Positions 1-8,064 of a stretch of 35,609 nt of DNA are shown one piece after another (within the stretch, counting starts at the first letter, position 1; each line of letters starts with the position of its first letter). The notes under the pieces are model-generated. The model was not told the DNA's origin and did not search any database. It worked only from the letters and a program-made list of their open reading frames with translations. A program made the position numbers and the translations under genes. The stretch covers positions 2,869 through 38,477 of the forward strand of contig DAJV01000078.1 of NCBI GenBank assembly GCA_002496475.1, written 5' to 3'. This stretch comes from Vulcanisaeta sp. UBA163. GTDB taxonomy: Archaea; Thermoproteota; Thermoprotei; Thermoproteales; Thermocladiaceae.

Positions 1-628
1 CCAGGGCTGTGGGGAGTATGAGGGTGTCATAATTACCGGTGAGGGTAAGGTATTCTCCGCAGGTCTTGACTTAGCGGAGATTTATGGCTTCAAGACGATT
101 GAGGAATCTAGGAGATACTTTACGGCTATTAAGGACTTAGTTATTACGGTGGCTAATTGTGAAAGGCCAGTGGTGGCCCTAGTTAATGGCCCGGCCTATG
201 GATTTGCAACGGAGCTGCTATACTTCGTTGACCAAGTGGTTGCCGTTAGGGATTCTCAATTCTCCCTGCCCGGTATTAGGTATGGCCTTGTCCCCGTTAC
301 GCCGGCCCTTGCGCCCTATCTCTTCGGTATTTTGAGATCCAGGTTTTTCCTTGATGAGGACTTTAGATTAAGCACTGACGAGGCTGTTGCCTGGGGTCTT
401 GTTCATAGGGTTGTTGATAATGTTAATGAGGGATTGAGGGAATCCCTGGGTCTCATTGGAAGGATTGATGATATACCTCACGGCGTTTACCTAATGATTA
501 AGAGACTAATGATCAGTTCATTAATTAGGGAGGCTGGTGATAGGTGGGATGAATTACTGAATACGTTGGCTGTGGAATCCCTCAAGCCTGAGGTTAAGGC
601 AAGGCTTGAGAAATTCCTTAGGAAGTAA
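1..628 (+). CDS. Enoyl-CoA hydratase/isomerase (crotonase) family protein, 5'-truncated by window edge
   Basis: Frame is open from base 2 (QGCGEYEGVIITGEGKVFSAGLDL...) into the 149..628 ORF. Crotonase motifs FSAGLDL and PVVALVNGPAYG, plus AxAWGLVHRVV. Confidence 0.9.
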   Translation, partial: QGCGEYEGVIITGEGKVFSAGLDLAEIYGFKTIEESRRYFTAIKDLVITVANCERPVVALVNGPAYGFATELLYFVDQVVAVRDSQFSLPGIRYGLVPVTPALAPYLFGILRSRFFLDEDFRLSTDEAVAWGLVHRVVDNVNEGLRESLGLIGRIDDIPHGVYLMIKRLMISSLIREAGDRWDELLNTLAVESLKPEVKARLEKFLRK

Positions 629-1191
629 TGTTATTAAGTATGGGTTTTACGCAATTCACAATGCTCACTATATTCGATGGTGATGACTATCACGTGCTCA
701 TTGATAATGAGGTAATGATATTCATGCCCACCAATGCAAATGCGCGGGTATTAATACTAACGCCACCGGGCATTAAGCCTCAATTCTACTCAATCCTAGC
801 TGTGTTACTTGTTAAGTCAGGCATTGAGGTTGTGATGCCCAGATTGCCCTTATCATGCAATCAAGTAAGACTTACGAGACTAGTTAGGAAACTCTCTGAG
901 GATTATGATCATGACCTCATACTGTTACTTGGCTTTGATATTGAGGATTTAAATGAACCTAAGTTAATCATTGGATTCAGTAAGAGATCCGTAATAGGGC
1001 AATTAATGGAATCACAAACACCTGGATCAGTCTTTGTACTACCAACCAATGAATGTGGCTGGGTCGGTGGAGACATCGCAAGTCCTGATTTAATGATTGA
1101 TGGGAATACATCACCACTTAATGCCGTGCTTAGTATTAAGGAGCTTGTTCTCAATAGGATCTTTCACATTCTAGGTGCAAATAAAAAATAA
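628..1191 (+). CDS. Hypothetical protein, possibly a degenerate alpha/beta-hydrolase fold
   Basis: 187-aa ORF overlapping the upstream stop (TAATG). VLILTPPG...FYSILAVLLVKSGIEVVMPRLP resembles a hydrolase N-terminus, but there is no GxSxG. Start uncertain (628/640/661). Confidence 0.6.
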   Translation: MLLSMGFTQFTMLTIFDGDDYHVLIDNEVMIFMPTNANARVLILTPPGIKPQFYSILAVLLVKSGIEVVMPRLPLSCNQVRLTRLVRKLSEDYDHDLILLLGFDIEDLNEPKLIIGFSKRSVIGQLMESQTPGSVFVLPTNECGWVGGDIASPDLMIDGNTSPLNAVLSIKELVLNRIFHILGANKK

Positions 1192-1215
1192 AGGGATCTC
1201 TGGAAAGCAATACAT

Positions 1216-1872
1216 GTGAGAGTGCCTTTATTCATTGAGTTTGATGGAAGGAACGTACTGGTAATTGGTGGTGGTGCTGTTGGTACCAGGAGAGCCGTTA
1301 AGTTCCTCCTGGCAGGTGCCAATGTCAGGGTACTAAGTCTCGAGTTTAATAATGAACTAACCCATTATGTTGAGCGGGGAAAACTTGAGCTAATTAGGAA
1401 TGATGCTAATGACCTGGACATACTGAGGAGGAACATTGAGTGGGCCGACCTAGTGGTCATTGCAACTAACGATCCCATGATCAATAGAAAAGTCAGGGAA
1501 GTGGCCAGGGAATTAAGGAAGTTGTTTAATGATGCCACCAATGCTGAGGAGACTGAGGTTGTTGTACCCTTTGAGGGTGAGATTAATGGTATAAGGATTG
1601 CCATAACCACGGAGGGACTTAGCGGTGTCATTGCCAGGAGGACACTGGATAAGGTAATGAATTTCCTAAGGGAGGATGAGGAGTTGATGAACATGGCCAG
1701 GGTTTGGTACGCAGTTAAGAGTAAGCTTAAGGAAGCCGTCAGCGACGTAAGGACTAGGTTGAATCTATACATGGAGCTTGATAATGATGAGAAATTCAAT
1801 GAATTGGCAAGGAAGGGCTTAGTCAATGAGGCCCTAAACTACGTTATGAGTAAGGCCTTATCTAACGGCTAG
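1216..1872 (+). CDS. Precorrin-2 dehydrogenase / sirohydrochlorin ferrochelatase (SirC, CysG N-terminal type)
   Basis: PLFIEFDGRNVLVIGGGAVGTRR Rossmann motif; ADLVVIATND; IAITTEGLS. Confidence 0.9.
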   Translation: MRVPLFIEFDGRNVLVIGGGAVGTRRAVKFLLAGANVRVLSLEFNNELTHYVERGKLELIRNDANDLDILRRNIEWADLVVIATNDPMINRKVREVARELRKLFNDATNAEETEVVVPFEGEINGIRIAITTEGLSGVIARRTLDKVMNFLREDEELMNMARVWYAVKSKLKEAVSDVRTRLNLYMELDNDEKFNELARKGLVNEALNYVMSKALSNG

Positions 1873-1875
1873 AGG

Positions 1876-2535
1876 TCACTGACTTCCGAAGGCTCGGTCC
1901 CCAGCATCCCCAAGGCCAGGTACTATGTAGCCTTTCTCATTTATCTCAGGGTCTATGGCAACGGTGTATATCTCGGAAAACGGATACTCCCCGAGCACCC
2001 TGTCTATGCCGTACTTAGTTGCAATCACACTGGCTATAATAATCCTCTTGGGGTTTCCATACTTAAGGACGTGTTTGAGCACGGCGGTTATTGTAGAGCC
2101 CGTTGCGAGCATTGGATCGGCAACTATCAATGTATCGTCCCCGAACACCCTCGGTACCTTTACATAGGTTATCTCAACGTCAAAATCCAGCGAGCCAGGG
2201 CTATGCGATTCCTCAACCCTCCTCGCACTAACGACACCCATCCTTGCATTCGCGAATATCTTCACTAAGCCCTCAACCAGAGGCATTGCGGCCCTGAGCA
2301 CTTGTATAATGACCACGTGGTCAAGGTCCCTAATCCTAACCCCCCTTGCCTTAACACCAAGTGGTGTTTCCACCTCTACGGTTTCAATGTCCATTGACTT
2401 CACTATTTCGTAACCCATCAACCTACCAAGCCTAACGAGCCCCTTCCTAAACTCAATCTGTTTTGTATCCCTATTCCTAAGTGTTGTTAAGATTGCCTGT
2501 GCCAATGGATGATCTATCACGGCAACCCTACCCAA
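1876..2535 (-). CDS. upp: Uracil phosphoribosyltransferase
   Basis: [22 protein letters not shown] (PRPP site) and [13 protein letters not shown] signature motifs. Confidence 0.97.
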   Translation of the reverse strand: MGRVAVIDHPLAQAILTTLRNRDTKQIEFRKGLVRLGRLMGYEIVKSMDIETVEVETPLGVKARGVRIRDLDHVVIIQVLRAAMPLVEGLVKIFANARMGVVSARRVEESHSPGSLDFDVEITYVKVPRVFGDDTLIVADPMLATGSTITAVLKHVLKYGNPKRIIIASVIATKYGIDRVLGEYPFSEIYTVAIDPEINEKGYIVPGLGDAGDRAFGSQ

Positions 2536-2605
2536 GAAGACCCGCCAGTAACGTGAATGCGCGAATTTAAAGAGCTTTCTCTGGCAATGCCTTTAGTACT
2601 ACTTG

Positions 2606-2654
2606 GTGATGAGGATGGTAGCCACTGAACAATGAAGATGGTCCAAAGCGCTGA
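2606..2654 (+). ncRNA. Box C/D methylation-guide sRNA
   Basis: Box C GTGATGA (2606-2612), 12-nt guide GGATGGTAGCCA, D' CTGA (2625-2628), C' ATGAAGA (2632-2638), 12-nt guide TGGTCCAAAGCG, D CTGA (2651-2654). Canonical archaeal spacing, intergenic, TATA-like TTTAAAG at 2566-2572. Confidence 0.9.
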
Positions 2655-2658
2655 ATAC

Positions 2659-3597
2659 TTAATACGTCATTGCCCTTACGGAGTCCCACGTTAATTCAAG
2701 AACCTCAAGCCTATCAGTATTTAGGTAGGTCTTCAATGCATTTATGAAGTCCTCAATGCCCTTACCTGGGTTAAAAAATGGCGACTTGTATTGCGCGCCT
2801 GAGGCGTATTTATGTCCGCCACCACCGAGTCTTGTGGCTACCTGTGTGCAGTCATATGGACTATTCCTATCAGCACCGCAGTAATACCTAAAGGTCCTCC
2901 TGTTCAACTTGAGTAATATGTTTACCATCTTGGCACCCCTGCGCTGAAGCTCAATGGTTAATTGCCTGTAGGATATACCGAGGTTTACTGAGCTGTAAAT
3001 ATTAATTACCTCCCTAATCGGTATCTTACTGGCTGTCTCAAGCATGAGCTTCTTAGCCCTATAACCCCTATCCACCAGGTCACGTATTTTAGCACTATCC
3101 AATGAGCTAAGGCCGTTAACGGCTAGGCTCCTCGCAATGTAGATCTTCTCATTATATGACGCAAACCTAACCGCTAGATCAAGTCTCTCAGCCTCATTAC
3201 TTGATATACTAGCCGTGTCCGTCTCTACGGCAACCTTAACCAGGCTATTCGCCACAGGGTCATTCTCTAAACCGAAGGCCTTCATGGCCATTAACGCAGA
3301 GCAGGGGGCCTCCGGATCGTAAAACTCAACCTTAGCGCAGGGCTTGTTGGTCCTGTGATGATCAGCCCTTATCAAGGCTTTGCCTGGACATGGGAGATCT
3401 GCTACGAATGTCCAGAATACGTGTTTAATCCACCAGGACCTGTTAACCTCACTGGGCGCCGCTAGGACAATGGCACCGTTTGAGTACTTCCTGAGGAAGA
3501 GGGCCGCGCTTGCTATTCCATCAACATCACCACTATCACAAAGCGCTAACGGTCTATTACTCAGTTTAGCCCACAATGCCGATAAAAACCTCCTCAT
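2659..3597 (-). CDS. DHH/DHHA1 family phosphoesterase (NrnA-like)
   Basis: GDVDGIASA, FVAD, ADHH and C-terminal LGGGGHKYASG motifs. Confidence 0.9.
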   Translation of the reverse strand: MRRFLSALWAKLSNRPLALCDSGDVDGIASAALFLRKYSNGAIVLAAPSEVNRSWWIKHVFWTFVADLPCPGKALIRADHHRTNKPCAKVEFYDPEAPCSALMAMKAFGLENDPVANSLVKVAVETDTASISSNEAERLDLAVRFASYNEKIYIARSLAVNGLSSLDSAKIRDLVDRGYRAKKLMLETASKIPIREVINIYSSVNLGISYRQLTIELQRRGAKMVNILLKLNRRTFRYYCGADRNSPYDCTQVATRLGGGGHKYASGAQYKSPFFNPGKGIEDFINALKTYLNTDRLEVLELTWDSVRAMTY

Positions 3598-3629
3598 GAA
3601 CAGACACTCCTTAATGACCGAAATTAAAA

Positions 3630-4376
3630 TTACTTTTCTTTAAGGTATCTTGAACAGACAGGGCAATTTTCAACTCTGCTAAGCTTTATCTCATCAATGA
3701 CCCAATTCTTACCATCAATAACCAATAACTTACCAGCAAGTGGCTCACCAATGCCAGTAATCAGCTTAATCACCTCAAGGGCCTCTATGGACGCTATAAC
3801 GCCTACTATGGGACCAACGACTGGGCAGTAACCCACGCATTGAGGTAATGACCTTACATGAACCAACTCAAAAAGGCAGGGCGTCTTACCTGGTATTATT
3901 GTTGATACTTGACCATACCAACCATTCACCGCGCCATGAACCAAGGGCTTCCTCAACTTAATAATAGCCTCATTAAGTACTTGCCTGCCTAGCCAATTAT
4001 CGAGTGCGTCAACCGCGATATCCATGCCGCCGAGGATTTTTTCGGCATTATCCTCCGTCAATGCATCATTTACGGGTTTTATTTTAACAGTTGGATTAAG
4101 ATCATGAAGTCTCCTGACCGCGATCTCAACCTTCGGCTTGCCAACATCCTCCTCCCTATACAGTAATTGCCTGTGAAGATCTGTTAGGCTAACCGTGTCG
4201 TAATCAACTATAGTTAACTCACCAACACCAGCACCAGCAAGGTACATGGAAACCAGTGAACCAAGGCCGCCGAGCCCAATCACGGCAACCCGAGCCTTTG
4301 ACAGCTTCTCCTGACCCTCCTTACCGATAACTGCGACCTGCCTTGAATACCTATCAATTAATTGCATGGAACTCAT
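3630..4376 (-). CDS. ThiF/MoeB/HesA family adenylyltransferase (E1-like)
   Basis: RYSRQ, GLGGLG, DYDTVSLTDLHRQ, DALDN and C-terminal CPVC. Confidence 0.93.
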   Translation of the reverse strand: MSSMQLIDRYSRQVAVIGKEGQEKLSKARVAVIGLGGLGSLVSMYLAGAGVGELTIVDYDTVSLTDLHRQLLYREEDVGKPKVEIAVRRLHDLNPTVKIKPVNDALTEDNAEKILGGMDIAVDALDNWLGRQVLNEAIIKLRKPLVHGAVNGWYGQVSTIIPGKTPCLFELVHVRSLPQCVGYCPVVGPIVGVIASIEALEVIKLITGIGEPLAGKLLVIDGKNWVIDEIKLSRVENCPVCSRYLKEK

Positions 4377-4430
4377 ACTAAGGTGGCATAACTTAATAAA
4401 TTAATAAGAATTAGGTGTTTCGTCAATACC

Positions 4431-5588
4431 ATGAGGAGCGCCAGGTTGTCATTACCATACCTACCAATACTCATGATTAGGGTTGGTTCAGGAGCCAACA
4501 CATTCCTGGTCTCTTACTTATCGCCAGGTAACAACTTAATGATAGGTATAATACTTGCCTCATATCCCTTTGTGGAGGCCATGAGCTCCTTTATAGCCGG
4601 TTACATGACCGATAGACTGGGCAGGAGATTAACGCTTATCCTTGGGTATACCTGGATACTAATATTCATGGTAATGATATACCTGGTAATCGCACTAATT
4701 AGGAATCCGGTGCTTACTGCAGTATTTAATGGCGTAATGGGTTTTGGGGCGGCCTTAGTCCTTGTATCAGCACTGGCCATGATAACGGACCTAACGGAAA
4801 GAGACTATAGGGGGCTGGGTATGGGTATTTTTGATTTCATGAACATATTTGGTTATGCACTAGGCTACATGGTTGGATCTATCCTGTACCAAGTAATGGG
4901 AAATTCCACCGCATTCATAGCGCTATTGGCATTATTAGTAATATTTTACGTAATCATAATCAGCTACATAATCGAAACAAAACCCAGCGGTGGAACAGTA
5001 TACCTAAATCCACTAAGGGGTGTTTCGGGGAAGGTAATACCGACATTGCCAATTTGGTTTTCAATAACCATGATACTTGGCGCCGCAATATACTCAGGCA
5101 GGGCAATAGGGAGTATTAAGGGCGTCATGCCTATACACGTGGGCGCCTTATTCCTAGGCGCAACGCTTGTGGTTGGGCTGGGCTCAGTATTCTTTGGATA
5201 CATGTCGGACAGGCTTGGTAGGTTGAGGACAATGGGCATTGGGGTTACTGGCGTGGCAATTGGGCTAATGATATTAGCAGCGCTACTACTAACGGGTGTG
5301 AATCCCATAATTGCCGTTGCGGCGTCGGCGCCGTTCATCTTCATGGCGTCCGCCGTGGTACCCTCAATACTGGCGTTAACGGGTGACGAGGCCTTAATAA
5401 GCATGAGGGGTTCGGCAATGGGCCTATATAGCCTGGTACTTGGGCTTGGCATGGGGTTGGGCAGCATCCTGGGCAGTTACTCATACATACAACTGGGGCT
5501 TGGTGGAATAGCATTATTAGCCCTGGTGATCTTCATAACGGCATTCATACTCTACGCAATACTTAGGGCAATCCTCCTCAGGAAATGA
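4431..5588 (+). CDS. MFS transporter
   Basis: About 12 hydrophobic segments; MFS motif A occurs twice (GYMTDRLGRR, GYMSDRLGR). Confidence 0.92.
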   Translation: MRSARLSLPYLPILMIRVGSGANTFLVSYLSPGNNLMIGIILASYPFVEAMSSFIAGYMTDRLGRRLTLILGYTWILIFMVMIYLVIALIRNPVLTAVFNGVMGFGAALVLVSALAMITDLTERDYRGLGMGIFDFMNIFGYALGYMVGSILYQVMGNSTAFIALLALLVIFYVIIISYIIETKPSGGTVYLNPLRGVSGKVIPTLPIWFSITMILGAAIYSGRAIGSIKGVMPIHVGALFLGATLVVGLGSVFFGYMSDRLGRLRTMGIGVTGVAIGLMILAALLLTGVNPIIAVAASAPFIFMASAVVPSILALTGDEALISMRGSAMGLYSLVLGLGMGLGSILGSYSYIQLGLGGIALLALVIFITAFILYAILRAILLRK

Positions 5589-5964
5589 ATTGATAATGAA
5601 TGATCAACTGGGCATTGCCGTTCTTACCCCTAAACTCAACGATCGAAGTATTAACCTCCTCACGCAACGTAATCACCAGTGGAAAACCAAATACCTTAAG
5701 CCTGGCTCTTAACGAGCCAAGGACTGACCTGGGAAGCTTAAGCTCGGCAGTAAGTCTCTTAACAACATCCTCAATGACGCACTCTGTATAATCCTCACCA
5801 CAATCCTCAAGCTCAGCCTCAATAACATCACCACCAACGTACTCAACATACCTAACAACATTACCATCCAAAACCCACTCACCACGGTAGTCACCGAGCC
5901 TAGCATCAACAAGTGAAGGCACGAGGTAATAAAAAGTACTGTAATTAAAATCTAAGGCAAGCAT
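5578..5964 (-). CDS. Hypothetical protein
   Basis: 128-aa ORF with host-like codon usage, divergent from the tRNA. Real start may be further downstream. Confidence 0.65.
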   Translation of the reverse strand: MLALDFNYSTFYYLVPSLVDARLGDYRGEWVLDGNVVRYVEYVGGDVIEAELEDCGEDYTECVIEDVVKRLTAELKLPRSVLGSLRARLKVFGFPLVITLREEVNTSIVEFRGKNGNAQLIIHYQFIS

Positions 5965-5998
5965 AAAACCTTAAAAGGCAAGGTGAAAAATAAAAGCC

Positions 5999-6076
<78 letters not shown>

Positions 6077-6085
6077 GTTACGTCC

Positions 6086-6464
6086 TTATTGCCTTATCCT
6101 TATCCATTCGTCCTTTGTCCTCGTGAAGTCTCTGATCATGTTGAGGACTGTGCTTCTCAATCTGTCGAGCATTACTGCGTCACCGCATAGTAGACTGCCT
6201 TCGTAGAATGCGTCAATGATTGCTGTGTTGTAATTTTCAATTTCCCTTTCAACCATTAAAACATCAGCATAATGGACCTGGGCTAGGCCATTGGATGGTT
6301 CAGTGGATGGTTTACCACCTATAATGAGTAGGCCCAGTCACTGTCTATCCTAGCCTCACCGCGGGCTCTGGACCGAACAATATGATTGCGTAACCCTCAT
6401 TGCATAATTCCTTTATTCATTCCTCGATCTCATGATGCGCCTTGAGGAGGATTTCTCTAGACAT
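6086..6464 (-). pseudogene. Minimal nucleotidyltransferase (MNT antitoxin) pseudogene
   Basis: Manual translation: MSREILLKAHHEIEE*IKELCNEGYAIILFG/(S)RARGEARIDSDW/(D)LLIIGG...IIDAFYEGSLLCGD...WIRIRQ*. The GS-x-ARG...DxD motif is recognisable; one in-frame stop and two frameshifts. Confidence 0.82.
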
Positions 6465-6813
6465 AGTTCATCACTATCTTCATACACCTCAGATAATCCT
6501 CCACGTCATCCTTATCATAATCGAACATGTGGACGTCGGGATACCTAGACCCTACGCACTGCTCGGTAAGGCGCTTGTCGCATTTAACAATTTCATTATT
6601 AACAGGCTTATTAAGAGATGGGGACTACCTGGCTTAATAATGCAACTATTGAATGCGTATATAGTCTTGAACCCGTTAACTCTATGAGCTTACCCTTAAG
6701 GTAAAATTCAGCGGCCTACTGAGTGAAGAATGCCGCAGGATAGAAACCCCTTTGAACATATTCCTACTTAGTGCTCTATACTGCTCAGCCCTTGTGTACC
6801 ATTGCGATGCCAT
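6457..6813 (-). pseudogene. HEPN domain protein pseudogene
   Basis: Manual translation: MASQWYTRAEQYRALSRNMFK/GFYPAAFFTQ*AAEFYLKGKLIELTGSRLYTHSIVALL.../...EQCVGSRYPD...MNYV*. HEPN features QxAExxLK, THS and SRYP; frameshifts and a stop; its stop overlaps the MNT start. Confidence 0.8.
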
Positions 6814-6955
6814 TTACGCCAATATTGTTTCATTAGCCTAGAATTTATATTTATCGCAATTTGATGATTTTATTCCTGGAGTTACCCCAAGGGAAACTAG
6901 AAGGTTATTACTTAATTAGACTCCGTTTTATTAATGCCCAGTTTATTGGTGCTGA

Positions 6956-8050
6956 ATGAATGGGATATTTAACGAACTAAAAGAGGAACTTAGGAAAGCC
7001 CTTTTGGATTTGGGATTTGAGAAGCCCACGGAAATTCAGGGCTTGGTGATCCCCAAGGCTTTGAAGGGCGTTGATGTCGCCATGCAGGCTCGAACAGGTA
7101 GTGGTAAAACCGCAGCTTATCTCCTACCTATCATGAATTCCATGGTTGGTAAGGTTACGGAGTCCCTAGTCATTGTGCCCACCCGTGAATTGGCATTGCA
7201 AGTTGCTTCGCATTTTAGGTATCTCAATAAGTACCTTGGGTTTAGGCATGCCGTGGTTTATGGTGGTGTGCCTTATAGTGAACAAATAAGCTCTATAAAG
7301 GACGCATCCCTTGTTGTGGCGACGCCTGGGCGATTACTGGATCTGGTGAGGAAGTCCTATATCGATTTAAGTCGTGTTAATTACTTCGTCATTGATGAGG
7401 TGGATAGAATGCTGGATATGGGTTTCATAGATGATGTTCGTGTTATATCAAGCCTGGCATATAATAGGAGACAGACCTATGCTGCCACCGCGACTCTACC
7501 CAGGGAGATCCATGAATTATTGCTTAGTATTATGAGGAATCCTGTCTTTCTAAGGACGGGTAACCACGAGTATGAATTGCCGCTTGTGGAACAAGTCGTG
7601 TACTTGATTAATGGTTTTTGGAGGGAGAAGTATGATGTAATGACGAAGGAGTTATCGGGTAAATCCATAGTCTTTGCGAATACTAGGGAGAGGGCATATA
7701 GACTGCATAGGCAGTTGTCCAGGGAGTACTACGCGTTGTTACTTCATGGTGGCATGAAACAGTACATGAGGGAGAAGGTATTGGGAAGGTTTAGGGATGA
7801 GGATGGGGACGTCGTATTGGTAACTACGGACTTAGCCTCAAGGGGTTTAGACATAATTGACGTGGAGTTAATAATTAATTTCGATGTACCGAGTAATCCG
7901 GAGACGTATATTCACAGGATAGGAAGGACTGCAAGGCTTGACAGGAGGGGGCGCGCAGTAACGCTGGCTACGAAGAGCGAGTTACATGTAATAAATGCTG
8001 CGGCTAACCTCAGTGGTTCTCGATATAGATTAATGGATTTAAATGAATAA
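6956..8050 (+). CDS. DEAD-box RNA helicase (minimal core)
   Basis: Q motif GFEKPTEIQ, ARTGSGKT, PTRELA, GG, TPGRLLD, DEVD, TAT, SRGLD, HRIGRTAR. Confidence 0.95.
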   Translation: MNGIFNELKEELRKALLDLGFEKPTEIQGLVIPKALKGVDVAMQARTGSGKTAAYLLPIMNSMVGKVTESLVIVPTRELALQVASHFRYLNKYLGFRHAVVYGGVPYSEQISSIKDASLVVATPGRLLDLVRKSYIDLSRVNYFVIDEVDRMLDMGFIDDVRVISSLAYNRRQTYAATATLPREIHELLLSIMRNPVFLRTGNHEYELPLVEQVVYLINGFWREKYDVMTKELSGKSIVFANTRERAYRLHRQLSREYYALLLHGGMKQYMREKVLGRFRDEDGDVVLVTTDLASRGLDIIDVELIINFDVPSNPETYIHRIGRTARLDRRGRAVTLATKSELHVINAAANLSGSRYRLMDLNE

Positions 8051-8064
8051 ATCAATGCCTATAA

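Noticed and set aside
6442-6687. 81-aa plus-strand ORF
   Set aside because: Antisense shadow of the HEPN pseudogene.
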